In this document: piece after piece, positions 19,650 through 29,859 of the stretch
Numbering within the stretch: position 1 is the stretch's first letter
How the letters are laid out: every line of letters begins with the position of its first letter
Source: Bacteroidales bacterium
GTDB taxonomy: Bacteria > Bacteroidota > Bacteroidia > Bacteroidales > UBA7960
DNA length: 55,899 nucleotides
Reading direction: 5' to 3'
NCBI GenBank assembly: GCA_007123065.1
Contig: SKSI01000090.1
Coordinates: forward strand, 1 to 55,899
Position numbers and translations under genes: made by a program
Notes under the pieces: model-generated
What the model saw: only the letters and a program-made list of their open reading frames with translations
What the model was told of the DNA's origin: nothing
Databases searched by the model: none

Positions 19650-20513
19650 ATGGAGGACATCCATATGATAAAGTTTTTAATTTTTTTGCCCATTATAAGC
19701 ATGCTAATGATCCCACAGGCTCATGGCCAGGTTAGCCCGGAAGAAGCTCCGCCACCTCCAAGAGACGGTTTTTATGAAAGAAGGGCAATTCATGAAAGAG
19801 GGCCGATAGAACTCCCTTATATAAGGGAAGCAGACGTCCTTTGGTCACTCAGGGTGTGGCAACGGATTGACCTTCGCGAAAGGATGAACCAAGTTCTTTA
19901 TTTTCCGGAAAATCCCTCCGGTGACTACAAAAGCCTGATGCAGGTTCTCAAAGAAGCCATTCTTGCCGGAGAGATCAGGGCATATGGTGTTGATGACGAT
20001 AGCTTTCAGGGAGAACCACTGGATCCCGAAACCGTGTTTGAAAACCTTGCAGAACAACTAACGTTTACAGTTGAAGGTGAAGAGGTTACCCAAATGATTC
20101 CCTTCTCAACCACAGATGTCTATATATTCAGAATTAAGGAAGAGTGGTTTATTGATAAAAGAAGAGGGCAATTGGATGTACGAATCATTGGCATCTCTCC
20201 GGCAATGCTTTTTAGAGATGAACAAACCGGGGAGCTAACAAATATACAGGAGCCACTCTTTTGGATCCCCTTTGAGGAAGCCAGACCGATATTGGCCGGA
20301 GCGCCAATTTATAATGTGCATAACAGTAGCCAGCTGATGTCATTTGACGATATCTTTATTCGTCGTTTCTTCAATGCTACAATCTACAGAGAAGACAGAC
20401 CCGACAACAGGGTCATCAGTGAATATATTGAAGACCCCATAGAGCGGCTGCTTGAAGCGGAACGAATTAAGGAAAGAATCAGAAATATGGAACTTGACCT
20501 GTGGCATTACTGA
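19650..20513 (+). CDS. gldN: Gliding motility / T9SS protein GldN (PorN)
   Basis: Signal peptide (possibly starting at M6, nt 19665). About 280 aa. Last gene of the gldKLMN block. Confidence 0.8.
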   Translation: MEDIHMIKFLIFLPIISMLMIPQAHGQVSPEEAPPPPRDGFYERRAIHERGPIELPYIREADVLWSLRVWQRIDLRERMNQVLYFPENPSGDYKSLMQVLKEAILAGEIRAYGVDDDSFQGEPLDPETVFENLAEQLTFTVEGEEVTQMIPFSTTDVYIFRIKEEWFIDKRRGQLDVRIIGISPAMLFRDEQTGELTNIQEPLFWIPFEEARPILAGAPIYNVHNSSQLMSFDDIFIRRFFNATIYREDRPDNRVISEYIEDPIERLLEAERIKERIRNMELDLWHY

Positions 20514-20534
20514 TCTTCCGATAGGATATGATAT

Positions 20535-20563
20535 AAAAAAAGAGGCGCCAGGCCTCTTTTTTT
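20535..20563. terminator. Bidirectional rho-independent terminator between gldN and fumC
   Basis: AAAAAAA-AGAGGC-gccag-GCCTCT-TTTTTTT. The A-run and T-run flank a GC stem, and the element sits between convergent genes. Confidence 0.75.
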
Positions 20564-21941
20564 ATATCATCGAAGACGGATCCACCCAGCGGTCAAAATC
20601 CGCTTCTGATACCAAACCAAGCGCTAAAGCGGCCTGCTTCAAACTTGTGTTTTCTTTGTGAGCTTTGCCGGCGATTCGTGCAGCTTGATCGTATCCGACA
20701 TGGGGGTTAAGCGCGGTGACCAGCATCAGCGAGTTTTGCAAGTGCTCTGTAACCCGGTCTCTGTTCACTTCTATTCCCACCAAACACTTATCGGTAAAAC
20801 CAATGCAGGCATCAGCCATTAACTGTGCCGACTGCAATAAATTATAGACCATCACCGGTTTGAAGACATTGAGCTGAAAGTGCCCGTTCATCCCGCCGGT
20901 GGTTATGGCCAGATCATTACCGATCACCTGTGCGGCGACCATCGTCAATGCTTCAGCCTGAGTAGGGTTGACCTTCCCCGGCATGATTGAACTACCGGGT
21001 TCATTTGCAGGAAGTATGATCTCCCCGATGCCGCAACGTGGACCAGATGCCAGCAAACGAATATCGTTGGCAATTTTCATCAGGGATACAGCAATTGTTT
21101 TTAAGGCACCACTGCTTGCAACAACTGCATCATGTGCCGAGAGCGCTTCAAATTTATTAGGCGCAGTTATGAAAGGTTTATGTGTCAAATCCGCGATCAC
21201 ATCCGCAACAGCTTTATCAAAGCCCTTGGGTGCATTGATCCCGGTTCCGACAGCTGTGCCACCAAGAGCAAGCTCCCGAAGATGATCCAGACTATGCTGC
21301 AGGTCCTTTATCCCATACTCCAATTGTGCGGCAAAAGCGGAGAACTCTTGTCCCAGGGTAAGCGGCGTGGCATCCATCAAATGTGTGCGGCCAATTTTCA
21401 CCACATCCTGAAATGTGTTCGAACGTTCCTGTAAGGCTTGTTTCATCTTTATCAGAGCAGGCAACGTTTGTTCCGCAATCAGAGTGTACGCTGCAATATG
21501 CATAGCCGTAGGGAAAGTATCATTTGACGACTGGGATTTGTTGACATGGTCGTTGGGATGTACTTCCTTTTTATTGTCAGCAAGGCTGCCACCCATTAGT
21601 TCGTGTGCCCGGTTGGCAATCACCTCATTCAGGTTCATGTTGCTTTGTGTGCCGCTGCCGGTTTGCCAAACAACCAGGGGAAAATGATCGTCCATTTTGC
21701 CTTCAAGAATTTCATCACAAGCCTGAATAACGGGGTTTGACAGACGGCTATCCAGTATCCCCATCCTATTATTGACAATGGCAGCAGCCTTTTTCAAAAG
21801 TGCAAATGCACGGATTATCTCTACGGGCATTTTTTCCCTGCCAATGCGAAAATTCTCCAGCGACCGCTGTGTCTGAGCACCCCAGTATTTATCAGCCGGA
21901 ACCTGAACCGGCCCAAGGCTGTCGTGTTCTGTTCTGTACAT
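20562..21941 (-). CDS. fumC: Class II fumarate hydratase
   Basis: Fumarate-lyase signature [14 protein letters not shown]-terminus [27 protein letters not shown]. Confidence 0.95.
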   Translation of the reverse strand: MYRTEHDSLGPVQVPADKYWGAQTQRSLENFRIGREKMPVEIIRAFALLKKAAAIVNNRMGILDSRLSNPVIQACDEILEGKMDDHFPLVVWQTGSGTQSNMNLNEVIANRAHELMGGSLADNKKEVHPNDHVNKSQSSNDTFPTAMHIAAYTLIAEQTLPALIKMKQALQERSNTFQDVVKIGRTHLMDATPLTLGQEFSAFAAQLEYGIKDLQHSLDHLRELALGGTAVGTGINAPKGFDKAVADVIADLTHKPFITAPNKFEALSAHDAVVASSGALKTIAVSLMKIANDIRLLASGPRCGIGEIILPANEPGSSIMPGKVNPTQAEALTMVAAQVIGNDLAITTGGMNGHFQLNVFKPVMVYNLLQSAQLMADACIGFTDKCLVGIEVNRDRVTEHLQNSLMLVTALNPHVGYDQAARIAGKAHKENTSLKQAALALGLVSEADFDRWVDPSSMI

Positions 21942-21997
21942 GGTTTTGAATTTGGTTTATCAATATTTTTCAGGATATTCTGATGATAGATGCCGCA

Positions 21998-22028
21998 AAT
22001 AAATGAAAACCCCGGCAAACTACCGGGG
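21998..22028 (-). terminator. Rho-independent terminator after the class I fumarase gene
   Basis: Stem CCCCGG (22010-15) / CCGGGG (22023-28) with a 7-nt loop. On the minus strand it is followed by GTTTTCATTT. Confidence 0.55.
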
Positions 22029-22062
22029 TAAACAAGCATATCACTCAAGATGTTCAGTAGTG

Positions 22063-23682
22063 TCAGGTTATGCTGTAGAAGTCATTGCCCTTATCATCAA
22101 CAAGAATAAAAGCAGGGAATTTCTCCACCCGGATTCTGTAAATAGCTTCCATACCAAGTTCCGGATATTCGAGAAGTTCTACTTTTGTGATGTTTTTCTG
22201 AGCAAGGATAGCAGCAGGGCCACCTATGCTGCCCAAGTAGAAGCCTCCATGCTTTTTGCAGGCATCCGTAACAGCCTGACTGCGGTTTCCTTTTGCAATC
22301 ATCACCTTGCTGCCGCCGTGCTGCTGGAATAGGTCAACGTAAGAATCCATTCGTCCGGCAGTGGTCGGTCCAAAAGAACCGGAAGGCATTCCTTCCGGAG
22401 TTTTTGCAGGCCCGGCATAATAGATGGGATGGTTTATGATATATTCGGGGAGACCCTCACCTTCATCAAGCCGTTCTTTCAGTTTTGAGTGGGCAATATC
22501 GCGGCCGACAACGATGGTGCCATTCAATGAAAGCCGGGTGCCTACAGGATGCTTTGTAAGTTCAGCAAGAATTGCCTCCATCGACTGATCCAGGTTGATT
22601 TCAACAGCACCTGCCGCATCATCCACTTTGCGAAGTTCTTCCGGAATGAAGCGTCCCGGGTTGTCTTCAAGCTTTTCAACCCAAAGACCATCCTTATTGA
22701 TTTTTGCCCTGATGTTTCTGTCAGCCGCACAAGAAACACCCATTCCGACCGGACAGGAGGCCCCATGGCGTGGCAACCGGATCACCCTGATATCCAAAGC
22801 AAAATACTTGCCTCCAAACTGAGCGCCAATACCCAGGTTATAGGCTGCTTTCAGGACTTTTTGCTCCATCTCTCTGTCGCGGAATGCCTGACCGTGCTCA
22901 TTCCCCACATCCGGCAGATTGTCCAGGTACTTCGCAGAAGCCAGCTTAACGGTTTTCAGTGTTGCTTCGGCAGAAGTGCCTCCTACAACAAAAGCGACGT
23001 GATATGGCGGGCAGGCGGCTGTTCCAAGCGACTTCAGCTTATCGACAAGAAAAGCCTCCAGTTTTTCAGGATTCAGCAATGCTTTGGTTTGTTGGTAGAG
23101 AGCGGTTTTGTTTGCGGACCCACCCCCTTTTGCAACAAACAAGAACTGGTATTCAGAACCATCCGTCGCATAAAGATCAATTTGCGCAGGCAGGTTTGTT
23201 CCAGAGTTTTTCTCTTTGTACATATCCAATGGGATGGTTTGCGAATAACGCAGGTTTTCTTCAGTATACAAATTGTAAACCCCTTTTGAAAGCGCCCCGG
23301 CATCTCCACCTCCAGTCCATACCTGCTGTCCCTTTTTTCCGATAATGGTTGCCGTACCGGTATCCTGACAAAACGGAAGCACCCCTTTTGCAGATATTTC
23401 AGCATTACGCAACATCGTTAATGCCACATACTTGTCATTTTCGCTGGCTTTGGGATCATCCAGAATTGCAGCAACCTGCTTGATATGCTCCGTGCGCAAC
23501 ATAAAAGAGGCATCACGCAATGCAACCTGGGCAAGTTTCTCAAGGCCTTCCTTGTCAACTTTGAGCATTTCAATGCCATTTAATTTCTCAAAAGAAACAA
23601 AGTCCTTTGTCAACAGATAATAGTTCGTTCTATCAGCGGCTGTTGGAAAGGGATCCTGGTAAAAAAATTCGGGAGTTTTCAT
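22063..23682 (-). CDS. Class I (Fe-S dependent) fumarate hydratase
   Basis: 539 aa with fused alpha and beta domains. Motif [10 protein letters not shown], and a C-terminal [10 protein letters not shown] / KGNRS region typical of FumA/FumB/tartrate dehydratase-type enzymes. Confidence 0.85.
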   Translation of the reverse strand: MKTPEFFYQDPFPTAADRTNYYLLTKDFVSFEKLNGIEMLKVDKEGLEKLAQVALRDASFMLRTEHIKQVAAILDDPKASENDKYVALTMLRNAEISAKGVLPFCQDTGTATIIGKKGQQVWTGGGDAGALSKGVYNLYTEENLRYSQTIPLDMYKEKNSGTNLPAQIDLYATDGSEYQFLFVAKGGGSANKTALYQQTKALLNPEKLEAFLVDKLKSLGTAACPPYHVAFVVGGTSAEATLKTVKLASAKYLDNLPDVGNEHGQAFRDREMEQKVLKAAYNLGIGAQFGGKYFALDIRVIRLPRHGASCPVGMGVSCAADRNIRAKINKDGLWVEKLEDNPGRFIPEELRKVDDAAGAVEINLDQSMEAILAELTKHPVGTRLSLNGTIVVGRDIAHSKLKERLDEGEGLPEYIINHPIYYAGPAKTPEGMPSGSFGPTTAGRMDSYVDLFQQHGGSKVMIAKGNRSQAVTDACKKHGGFYLGSIGGPAAILAQKNITKVELLEYPELGMEAIYRIRVEKFPAFILVDDKGNDFYSIT

Positions 23683-23811
23683 TGATGAATGGGTTTTGGT
23701 TGAGTGATTAAGGTTATTAAGATGCTATAAATATAACATAATCCCATAAAAAACACAAATATTCTGTAAGGAATCCGGTTCAGCAGAAAATAATCCGGAC
23801 ATTAAAAATTG

Positions 23812-23819
23812 TATCTTTG
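23812..23819 (+). promoter_or_regulatory. Candidate -7 box (TATCTTTG) for rbfA
   Basis: TAnnTTTG match ending only 6 nt before the rbfA ATG. This would imply a leaderless or near-leaderless mRNA. Confidence 0.35.
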
Positions 23820-23824
23820 CCACT

Positions 23825-24160
23825 ATGGAAACGAACAGACAATTGCGAATTTCACGCCTGATACAGAAAGACCTGGGCGAAATATTACAGGTCTCAGGAA
23901 GAGACTGGCTCCCCGGGGCGATGGTAACCGTTACCAAAGTTTATGTAACAGCTGACTTATCGATCGCACGGGTATACCTGAGCATTTTTGGTAAAGATGC
24001 AGCGGAAGTGATCAGTTTGATCGACATGAAGCGAAATGAGATCCGGCGACAGCTCGGAATGCGTGTAAAAAACCAGTTGCGACATGTACCAGAACTCCGC
24101 TTTTTTGTTGATGACAGCCTGGATTATATCGAAAACCTGGAGAATTTACTTAAAAAGTAA
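23825..24160 (+). CDS. rbfA: Ribosome-binding factor A
   Basis: 111 aa. RISRLIQKDLGEIL N-terminus and VTKVYVTADLSIARVYLS KH-like core. Confidence 0.85.
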   Translation: METNRQLRISRLIQKDLGEILQVSGRDWLPGAMVTVTKVYVTADLSIARVYLSIFGKDAAEVISLIDMKRNEIRRQLGMRVKNQLRHVPELRFFVDDSLDYIENLENLLKK

Positions 24161-24169
24161 CCTCAAAGC

Positions 24170-24994
24170 ATGCACTACGACCCGATAAAACAGTTTTTGA
24201 GCAAGCTGTTCAATCGCTACGCGATTACAAGAAAGTTGTTTTATTTTCTTTTGGATGTGTTGCTCCTGAGAAGCTGGCACATCAGAAAAGCATTAAGAAG
24301 TTACCGACGGTCAACAGGAAAGGGCGCTTCACTGTATGTGCTCGATGCAGGCAGCGGACTTGGACAGTATTCCTGGAGAATGGCCAGGAGGAATCCTTCC
24401 TGGAATATTACAGCTGTTGACATCAAAGAAGAAGAGGTTGCATCTTGTAACGCGTTCTTTGAAAAGCAAAAAGTTCACAATGTGGATTTCAGAGCTGAAA
24501 ACCTCGTAGAATATGTACAGCCCGACACATATGACCTGATTCTCTCTGTAGATGTGATGGAGCATATTGAAGAAGACCAGCTGGTTTTTAATAATTTTTT
24601 CAAGTCGCTGAATGACGGGGGTGTTTTGTTAATCAGCACCCCGTCAAACCTTGGTGGCAGCGACGTACGAGAGGAGGGAGATCAGTCTTTTATTGAAGAA
24701 CACGTGCGCGATGGCTATGCTTCAGAGGAGATCAGGACAAAGCTTGAAAAGGCAGGATTTCAGGAGGTGGAAACAAAATATACGTACGGCAAACCAGGCA
24801 GTCTGGCCTGGCGCTTCTCCATGAAATACCCTGTTCTGATGCTTGGAAGATCCAGGGCCTTTTTATTTTTATTGCCTTTTTATTATCTCATTTTGATGCC
24901 TTTTGTGCTTTTTTTAAATTACCGGGACATCAACAAAACCCACCAAAAGGGAACAGGGCTTTTGGTAAAAGCCCGTAAGAAACGAAAAGTTTGA
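24170..24994 (+). CDS. Class I SAM-dependent methyltransferase with a hydrophobic C-terminal tail
   Basis: Motif I VLDAGSGLGQY and post-I/II acidic residues (DLILSVDVMEHI). C-terminal segment FLFLLPFYYLILMPFVLFLNY. Confidence 0.75.
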   Translation: MHYDPIKQFLSKLFNRYAITRKLFYFLLDVLLLRSWHIRKALRSYRRSTGKGASLYVLDAGSGLGQYSWRMARRNPSWNITAVDIKEEEVASCNAFFEKQKVHNVDFRAENLVEYVQPDTYDLILSVDVMEHIEEDQLVFNNFFKSLNDGGVLLISTPSNLGGSDVREEGDQSFIEEHVRDGYASEEIRTKLEKAGFQEVETKYTYGKPGSLAWRFSMKYPVLMLGRSRAFLFLLPFYYLILMPFVLFLNYRDINKTHQKGTGLLVKARKKRKV

Positions 24995-24998
24995 TATT

Positions 24999-26225
24999 TT
25001 GCGATTTCCTTTATACATAGCGTGGAGGTATCTGCTCGCCAAAAAGACGCACAACGCGATTAACATCATCACCCTGGTGTCAATGATTGGTGTTGGCGTG
25101 GGTACAATGGCGCTTGTGGTGATTTTATCGGTAACAAATGGTCTGGAAAAGCTTATTATATCACAGTTTAACGCCTTTCACGCAGATATTGAGATCACCC
25201 CTTCAACAGGAAAAACCTTTCAGCTGTCAAACTTTCCGCTCGAGGACCTCCATACCGTTCCGGGTGTCTTACACACCAGTAGCGTCCTCGAAGAGTCGGG
25301 CATGATCAGGTACCGTGAACGGCAACACCTTGTAAAACTCAGGGGCGTTGACTCTATTTATCACAAAGTTACAGGTATTGATACGCTGATCGTTGAAGGG
25401 ATATATGAGCTAAAAAAAAATGACCGCAACTTTATCCTGCCTGGCAATGGCGTTGCCTCGATCATCAATGCCAGCATCCACGACCTGCTCCATCCCATCG
25501 AAATCTTCATACCGACACGGGGACGAACAGCCGGTTTAACAGCCGCTCAGGCGTTTCGTTCCTCCTCCAACCATGCCAGCGGCATCTGGGCGGTCCAGGC
25601 TGAGATGGATTCCGAATACGTTCTGCTTCCCCTTCGTTTGATGCGCCGCCTTCTTGAATATGATGATGAGGTATCTTCAATCGTGATTGCTGTCGAAGAC
25701 GGCAAACGCATATCAACGATCCAGCGTCGCATTCAGGAAGTAACAGGCCCCGGTTACATCATCAGAAACCGAATGCAGCAGCAGGATTTTCTTTACAAAG
25801 TAATGCGTTCGGAAAAATGGGCCATCTTTTTTATTCTTTCTTTTATTTTGATGATCGCGGCATTTAACATTGTTGGGTCACTCACCATGCTGGTACTGGA
25901 AAAACGGAAAGATATCGCGGTACTCAGAAGCATGGGGGCGTCCCGAAAACTGATCGAGCGGATATTTTTGCTGGAAGGGATCCTGATTAGCATGGGTGGC
26001 GCACTTGGAGGAATCCTTCTTGGCGGACTGGTCTCCTGGTTGCAAATGAAATATGGGATCATAGTCATTCAGGCAGAAGGATCTTTTATCATTGATGCAT
26101 ATCCGGTTGTCGTTAAAGCCTTCGATCTTATACTGGTTGCCTTTACCGTTTTTTGTATCGGTTTGCTTGCATCGTTGCTGCCTTTGAAAAACATGTGGAA
26201 AGGCATGGACAAGGCACCGGTCTAA
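24999..26225 (+). CDS. FtsX-like ABC transporter permease (LolE-like)
   Basis: TTG start. N-terminus FPLYIAWRYL, a MacB-like periplasmic domain, and a C-terminal FtsX domain with 3 TM helices (GASRKLIERIFLLEG). Confidence 0.8.
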   Translation: MRFPLYIAWRYLLAKKTHNAINIITLVSMIGVGVGTMALVVILSVTNGLEKLIISQFNAFHADIEITPSTGKTFQLSNFPLEDLHTVPGVLHTSSVLEESGMIRYRERQHLVKLRGVDSIYHKVTGIDTLIVEGIYELKKNDRNFILPGNGVASIINASIHDLLHPIEIFIPTRGRTAGLTAAQAFRSSSNHASGIWAVQAEMDSEYVLLPLRLMRRLLEYDDEVSSIVIAVEDGKRISTIQRRIQEVTGPGYIIRNRMQQQDFLYKVMRSEKWAIFFILSFILMIAAFNIVGSLTMLVLEKRKDIAVLRSMGASRKLIERIFLLEGILISMGGALGGILLGGLVSWLQMKYGIIVIQAEGSFIIDAYPVVVKAFDLILVAFTVFCIGLLASLLPLKNMWKGMDKAPV

Positions 26226-26258
26226 ACAAGTTGCCCGGAATATGGCTTCAGAAATTAC

Positions 26259-28712
26259 TCACCGAATGCTTGCGGAAAGATTCTCTTCAAATGCCTTGGT
26301 CAGTTTGCGCATTACCTTATCAATTTCTTTGTCGGTCAGGGTTTTTTCAGCCTGAAACATAAAGCTTACAGCATAAGACTTTTTGTTTTTTCCCAGTTTG
26401 TCATCCTGATATACATCAAAAAGGTTTATTTCCTGAAGAATATTTCTTTCAGTCCGGGCAGCAATCTTCTCTATATCAGCAAAGCTGGTTTCAGTGTTGA
26501 GCAACAGGGCAAGGTCTCTTCTAACCACCGGGAAACGCGGGACTTCCTGAAAGATAAGATTCCTTTGTGATCCAACATGCACGATACGCGCCCAGTCCAG
26601 TTCTCCATAGAAAACATCCTGCTTCACATCAAAGTCTTTCAAAATTTTGGGGTTGATTTTGCCGATCACACCAATTTGATAATCATCAACAAAAAGAGCA
26701 GAAGAAAAAGCATATGGAAAAGCTGAAGTATCTTGTTTCTGCTGCACCTGGTGAACAGAAATACCCATCTTCTGAAAAACGGCAAAAGCGATGTCTTTCA
26801 AATCAAAAAAAGTATGATCCCTGTCTTCCGTATACCAACTTTCGGCTTGTTGTCGTCCGGACATAAACAATGCCAAAACGGGCTGTTCGTGATATGGCGG
26901 CAGGGCCGCATCAGGCTGTCCGGCATCACGGAAATAAATACTTCCAAACTCATAAAGCTTCAAATCGTGCACTTTACGGTTCAGGTTGTATACGATGCTT
27001 TCCAGTCCGCCAAAGAGCAATGACTGCCGCATCACATTCAGATCCTGACTGAGCGGATTTAAAATATGCACCAGACGGTCAGGATCCAGGTCATATTTCC
27101 GATAGTACGCCTCTTTTGTCAATGAATTGTTCATAATCTCATTGAATCCTCTTGCCGACAGAAGGTCTGAAACCATATTCTGCAGCATCTCTTTATCCGG
27201 TTTTGGTGAGATAACTATGGAAGCATTCATTTTCCCGGGTATCTCCACATTGTTATACCCGTAAATGCGCAGGATCTCCTCCACAACATCGGCTGTTCTG
27301 GTTACATCAACCCGGTATGATGGAACAACCATACGGATGCTGTCGCCGCTATTGGCAACCATACTGAAATCCAGGTCTCCAAGAATATTTTGAATCTCTT
27401 TGGCAGGGATGTGTTTGCCAATAAGACGATAGACCTCTTCAAATTGCAATTCCAGTTCGAGGGGGTTTTTCTTCCCCGGATAGACGTCACTGATTTCTGA
27501 AGAAATTTCACCGCCGGCAAGTTCTTTAATCAGAAGAGCAGCTCTTTTCAGCGCGTAAATTGTTATTTCAGGATCGCTGCCGCGCTCAAAACGAAATGAT
27601 GCTTCTGTTTTAATTCCGTGATGTTTCGCAGACTTTCTGATTGTCACCGGGTCAAAGCAAGCGCTTTCAAGAAAAACATCTTTTGTCTTTTCCGTCACAC
27701 CTGACTGGATTCCTCCCAGGATGCCGGCCATACACATCGGTTCAGTTTCATTACAGATCATCAGGTCCTGGCCGGTAAGATCGCGTTTTTCTTCATCCAG
27801 TGTTTTGAATGCTGTATTTTTTGCCGGCTTCCGCACAACAACCTTATTGCCCTGAATCGCTGCAACATCAAATGCGTGCAAGGGTTGCCCCACTTCCTGA
27901 AGGACAAAATTGGTCACATCCACCACATTGTTAATGGGTTTTTGTCCTACGGCTATCAGCCTCTTTTTCAGCCACTCCGGCGACTCTTTTACTGTAACAC
28001 CGCTGATTGTAAGGCTTGAGTATCTTGGACAAGCATCAGGGTCTTCAATAAAAACAGGAATAATCAGATTTTGATTCTCGATTCTAAAAGCATCAGTATC
28101 CGGCCATTGAATGGAGCTTTCTTTCTTTTTTTGCTGATGGTTGACCACGGCAACGATATCGCGGGCAACGCCTATATGGGAGGCAGCATCGATACGGTTT
28201 GGAGTGAGGCCGATTTCAAAGATCCAGTCCTCGTAGACATCAAAAAGCTCAGCAGCCGGAACACCTATCGGTGTATCATCCGGAAGCACCATAATCCCGT
28301 CATGGGAGTCACCCAGGCCGAGTTCATCTTCGGCACAGATCATCCCACGGGACTCTTCTCCCCGGATTTTCACCGCTTTGATGGTGAGCTCTTGTTTGTT
28401 AAAAAACAAGGTCGTTCCTTCCAGTGCCACCAGTACTTTTTGGTTAGCTTTTACATTGGGCGCTCCGCATACGATTGGCAGCAGATCACCTTTACCTGTA
28501 TCAACATGTGTAAGAGATAGGCGGTCTGCTTTAGGGTGCGGCGAACAAGATATGACATGGCCGGTCACAACTCCTTTCAGTCCACCACGGACAGACTCAT
28601 ATTTTTCAAGGCTTTCAACTTCCAGGCCGCTGTCTGTAAGCAGAACAGACAGTGCATCAGGACTTAAATCAAAGTTCGCGTAGCTTTTCAGCCAATTATA
28701 GGAAATTAGCAT
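26259..28712 (-). CDS. pheT: Phenylalanine--tRNA ligase beta subunit
   Basis: 817 aa. N-terminus MLISYNWLKSY with a tRNA-binding domain, then B3/4, B5 and a C-terminal FDX-ACB domain. Confidence 0.9.
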   Translation of the reverse strand: MLISYNWLKSYANFDLSPDALSVLLTDSGLEVESLEKYESVRGGLKGVVTGHVISCSPHPKADRLSLTHVDTGKGDLLPIVCGAPNVKANQKVLVALEGTTLFFNKQELTIKAVKIRGEESRGMICAEDELGLGDSHDGIMVLPDDTPIGVPAAELFDVYEDWIFEIGLTPNRIDAASHIGVARDIVAVVNHQQKKKESSIQWPDTDAFRIENQNLIIPVFIEDPDACPRYSSLTISGVTVKESPEWLKKRLIAVGQKPINNVVDVTNFVLQEVGQPLHAFDVAAIQGNKVVVRKPAKNTAFKTLDEEKRDLTGQDLMICNETEPMCMAGILGGIQSGVTEKTKDVFLESACFDPVTIRKSAKHHGIKTEASFRFERGSDPEITIYALKRAALLIKELAGGEISSEISDVYPGKKNPLELELQFEEVYRLIGKHIPAKEIQNILGDLDFSMVANSGDSIRMVVPSYRVDVTRTADVVEEILRIYGYNNVEIPGKMNASIVISPKPDKEMLQNMVSDLLSARGFNEIMNNSLTKEAYYRKYDLDPDRLVHILNPLSQDLNVMRQSLLFGGLESIVYNLNRKVHDLKLYEFGSIYFRDAGQPDAALPPYHEQPVLALFMSGRQQAESWYTEDRDHTFFDLKDIAFAVFQKMGISVHQVQQKQDTSAFPYAFSSALFVDDYQIGVIGKINPKILKDFDVKQDVFYGELDWARIVHVGSQRNLIFQEVPRFPVVRRDLALLLNTETSFADIEKIAARTERNILQEINLFDVYQDDKLGKNKKSYAVSFMFQAEKTLTDKEIDKVMRKLTKAFEENLSASIR

Positions 28713-28738
28713 TGATATGCAGTTTTTTAATTAGAAGA

Positions 28739-29665
28739 TTAGCGCAGCTCGAAGGCTGATTCGCCCAAACGGTATTCGTCGGTGTACAGAGAAATATAAT
28801 ACACACCAGGTTCAAATTCCGAAATACGCTCCCAGGTAAGGCATTTGTTCATTTGCATGTTTTGGTAATTGATACTGCCTTTTGCGGAATATTGCAATGT
28901 GTCTCCCTGGTGTATAAAAGAATAGGCCAGGTCATCGCTCACCCTTAGAATTTGACCGTGTGGATCGGCAATACGCATATACACATTGTGTTCACCCGGG
29001 CGGGTTATTGGATTTTCTCCAATCAGGAAGCAAACACGAACCTGTTCCACCCTTCCTGCCCTGTCTGTTTCATCTTCTCGTCCGCGGCCACGCAAACGGA
29101 AGGGGAAAGCATCAATCTGATACGCACGCAATGCAGAGGCAACCTCTACTTTGGTTTCCAGTTCAGCTTTGCCACGTGTCAACTCTGTGGTGCGACGCTG
29201 TACTTCCTGAATCTCCTCACGCATCTGTATGTTCTCCGCCTTCAGCACCATGTTTTCGGTATGCAAACTGTCAATTTCACGCACATAGTTCTGCGTGACC
29301 TCACGAAGCAGGTTGAGCTGACGTCGTATCCTGTGATAATCAGCCTGACGGGCGATCAAACCCTGGATCTCCCTGGCATTGGCCTGAATGACGCTGTCCT
29401 TGTCTACAAGAATGCTGTCGTATTCAAGCTTTACCATGTTGTATTCATCCAACACCGAGTCAAGTTCCAGTTGCAATTCTTCAGACAAAATCATTGCAAC
29501 TTCACGTTCGTGACTAACCTCCTTTAATGTCTGACGGCCGGTATACCATAATATCGCCAACAATAAAACCAATATACCCAAAACCGCAATGGTTATGCGA
29601 TATACATTTTCATTGCCTCTCTGTCTTTCAGGCATCTCTGTGCCCTGGTTTGTTTTTGTTTCCAT
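28739..29665 (-). CDS. Hypothetical single-pass membrane protein with a coiled-coil and a beta-rich C-terminal domain
   Basis: TM helix VYRITIAVLGILVLLLAILWY, about 130 aa of heptad-like helical sequence, then a C-terminal domain of about 120 aa. Lies 26 nt upstream of pheT on the same strand. Confidence 0.55.
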   Translation of the reverse strand: METKTNQGTEMPERQRGNENVYRITIAVLGILVLLLAILWYTGRQTLKEVSHEREVAMILSEELQLELDSVLDEYNMVKLEYDSILVDKDSVIQANAREIQGLIARQADYHRIRRQLNLLREVTQNYVREIDSLHTENMVLKAENIQMREEIQEVQRRTTELTRGKAELETKVEVASALRAYQIDAFPFRLRGRGREDETDRAGRVEQVRVCFLIGENPITRPGEHNVYMRIADPHGQILRVSDDLAYSFIHQGDTLQYSAKGSINYQNMQMNKCLTWERISEFEPGVYYISLYTDEYRLGESAFELR

Positions 29666-29859
29666 TTTTCAATCGAATCTTTTTATCGTTTTTCTTTATT
29701 TATTCAAATCATAAAAGCCGCACAAGGACAACAAATAACCTTAACAGAATTAAATTGCTTTTTATGTTTGTTAATTGGTTTTTTGTTTTTATTTTCACAA
29801 AATTGCATTTGTGTGTGAAACAAACATTCCGGACATCAGGACATATTGCTGACGGCTGA

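Noticed and set aside
22549-23289. 246-aa plus-strand ORF, plus other long antisense ORFs such as 5940..6401, 6676..7224, 15895..16425, 28071..28520, 28952..29527, 34420..34941 and 39082..39489
   Set aside because: All lie entirely inside strongly supported genes on the opposite strand, have no recognisable motifs and show skewed composition. They are shadow ORFs.
24170-24994. SAM-dependent methyltransferase between rbfA and the LolE-like permease as a possible ribosome-modification partner of RbfA
   Set aside because: Adjacency is the only evidence. The hydrophobic C-terminal tail points to a membrane-associated small-molecule or lipid methyltransferase. Nothing in the sequence supports an RNA substrate.
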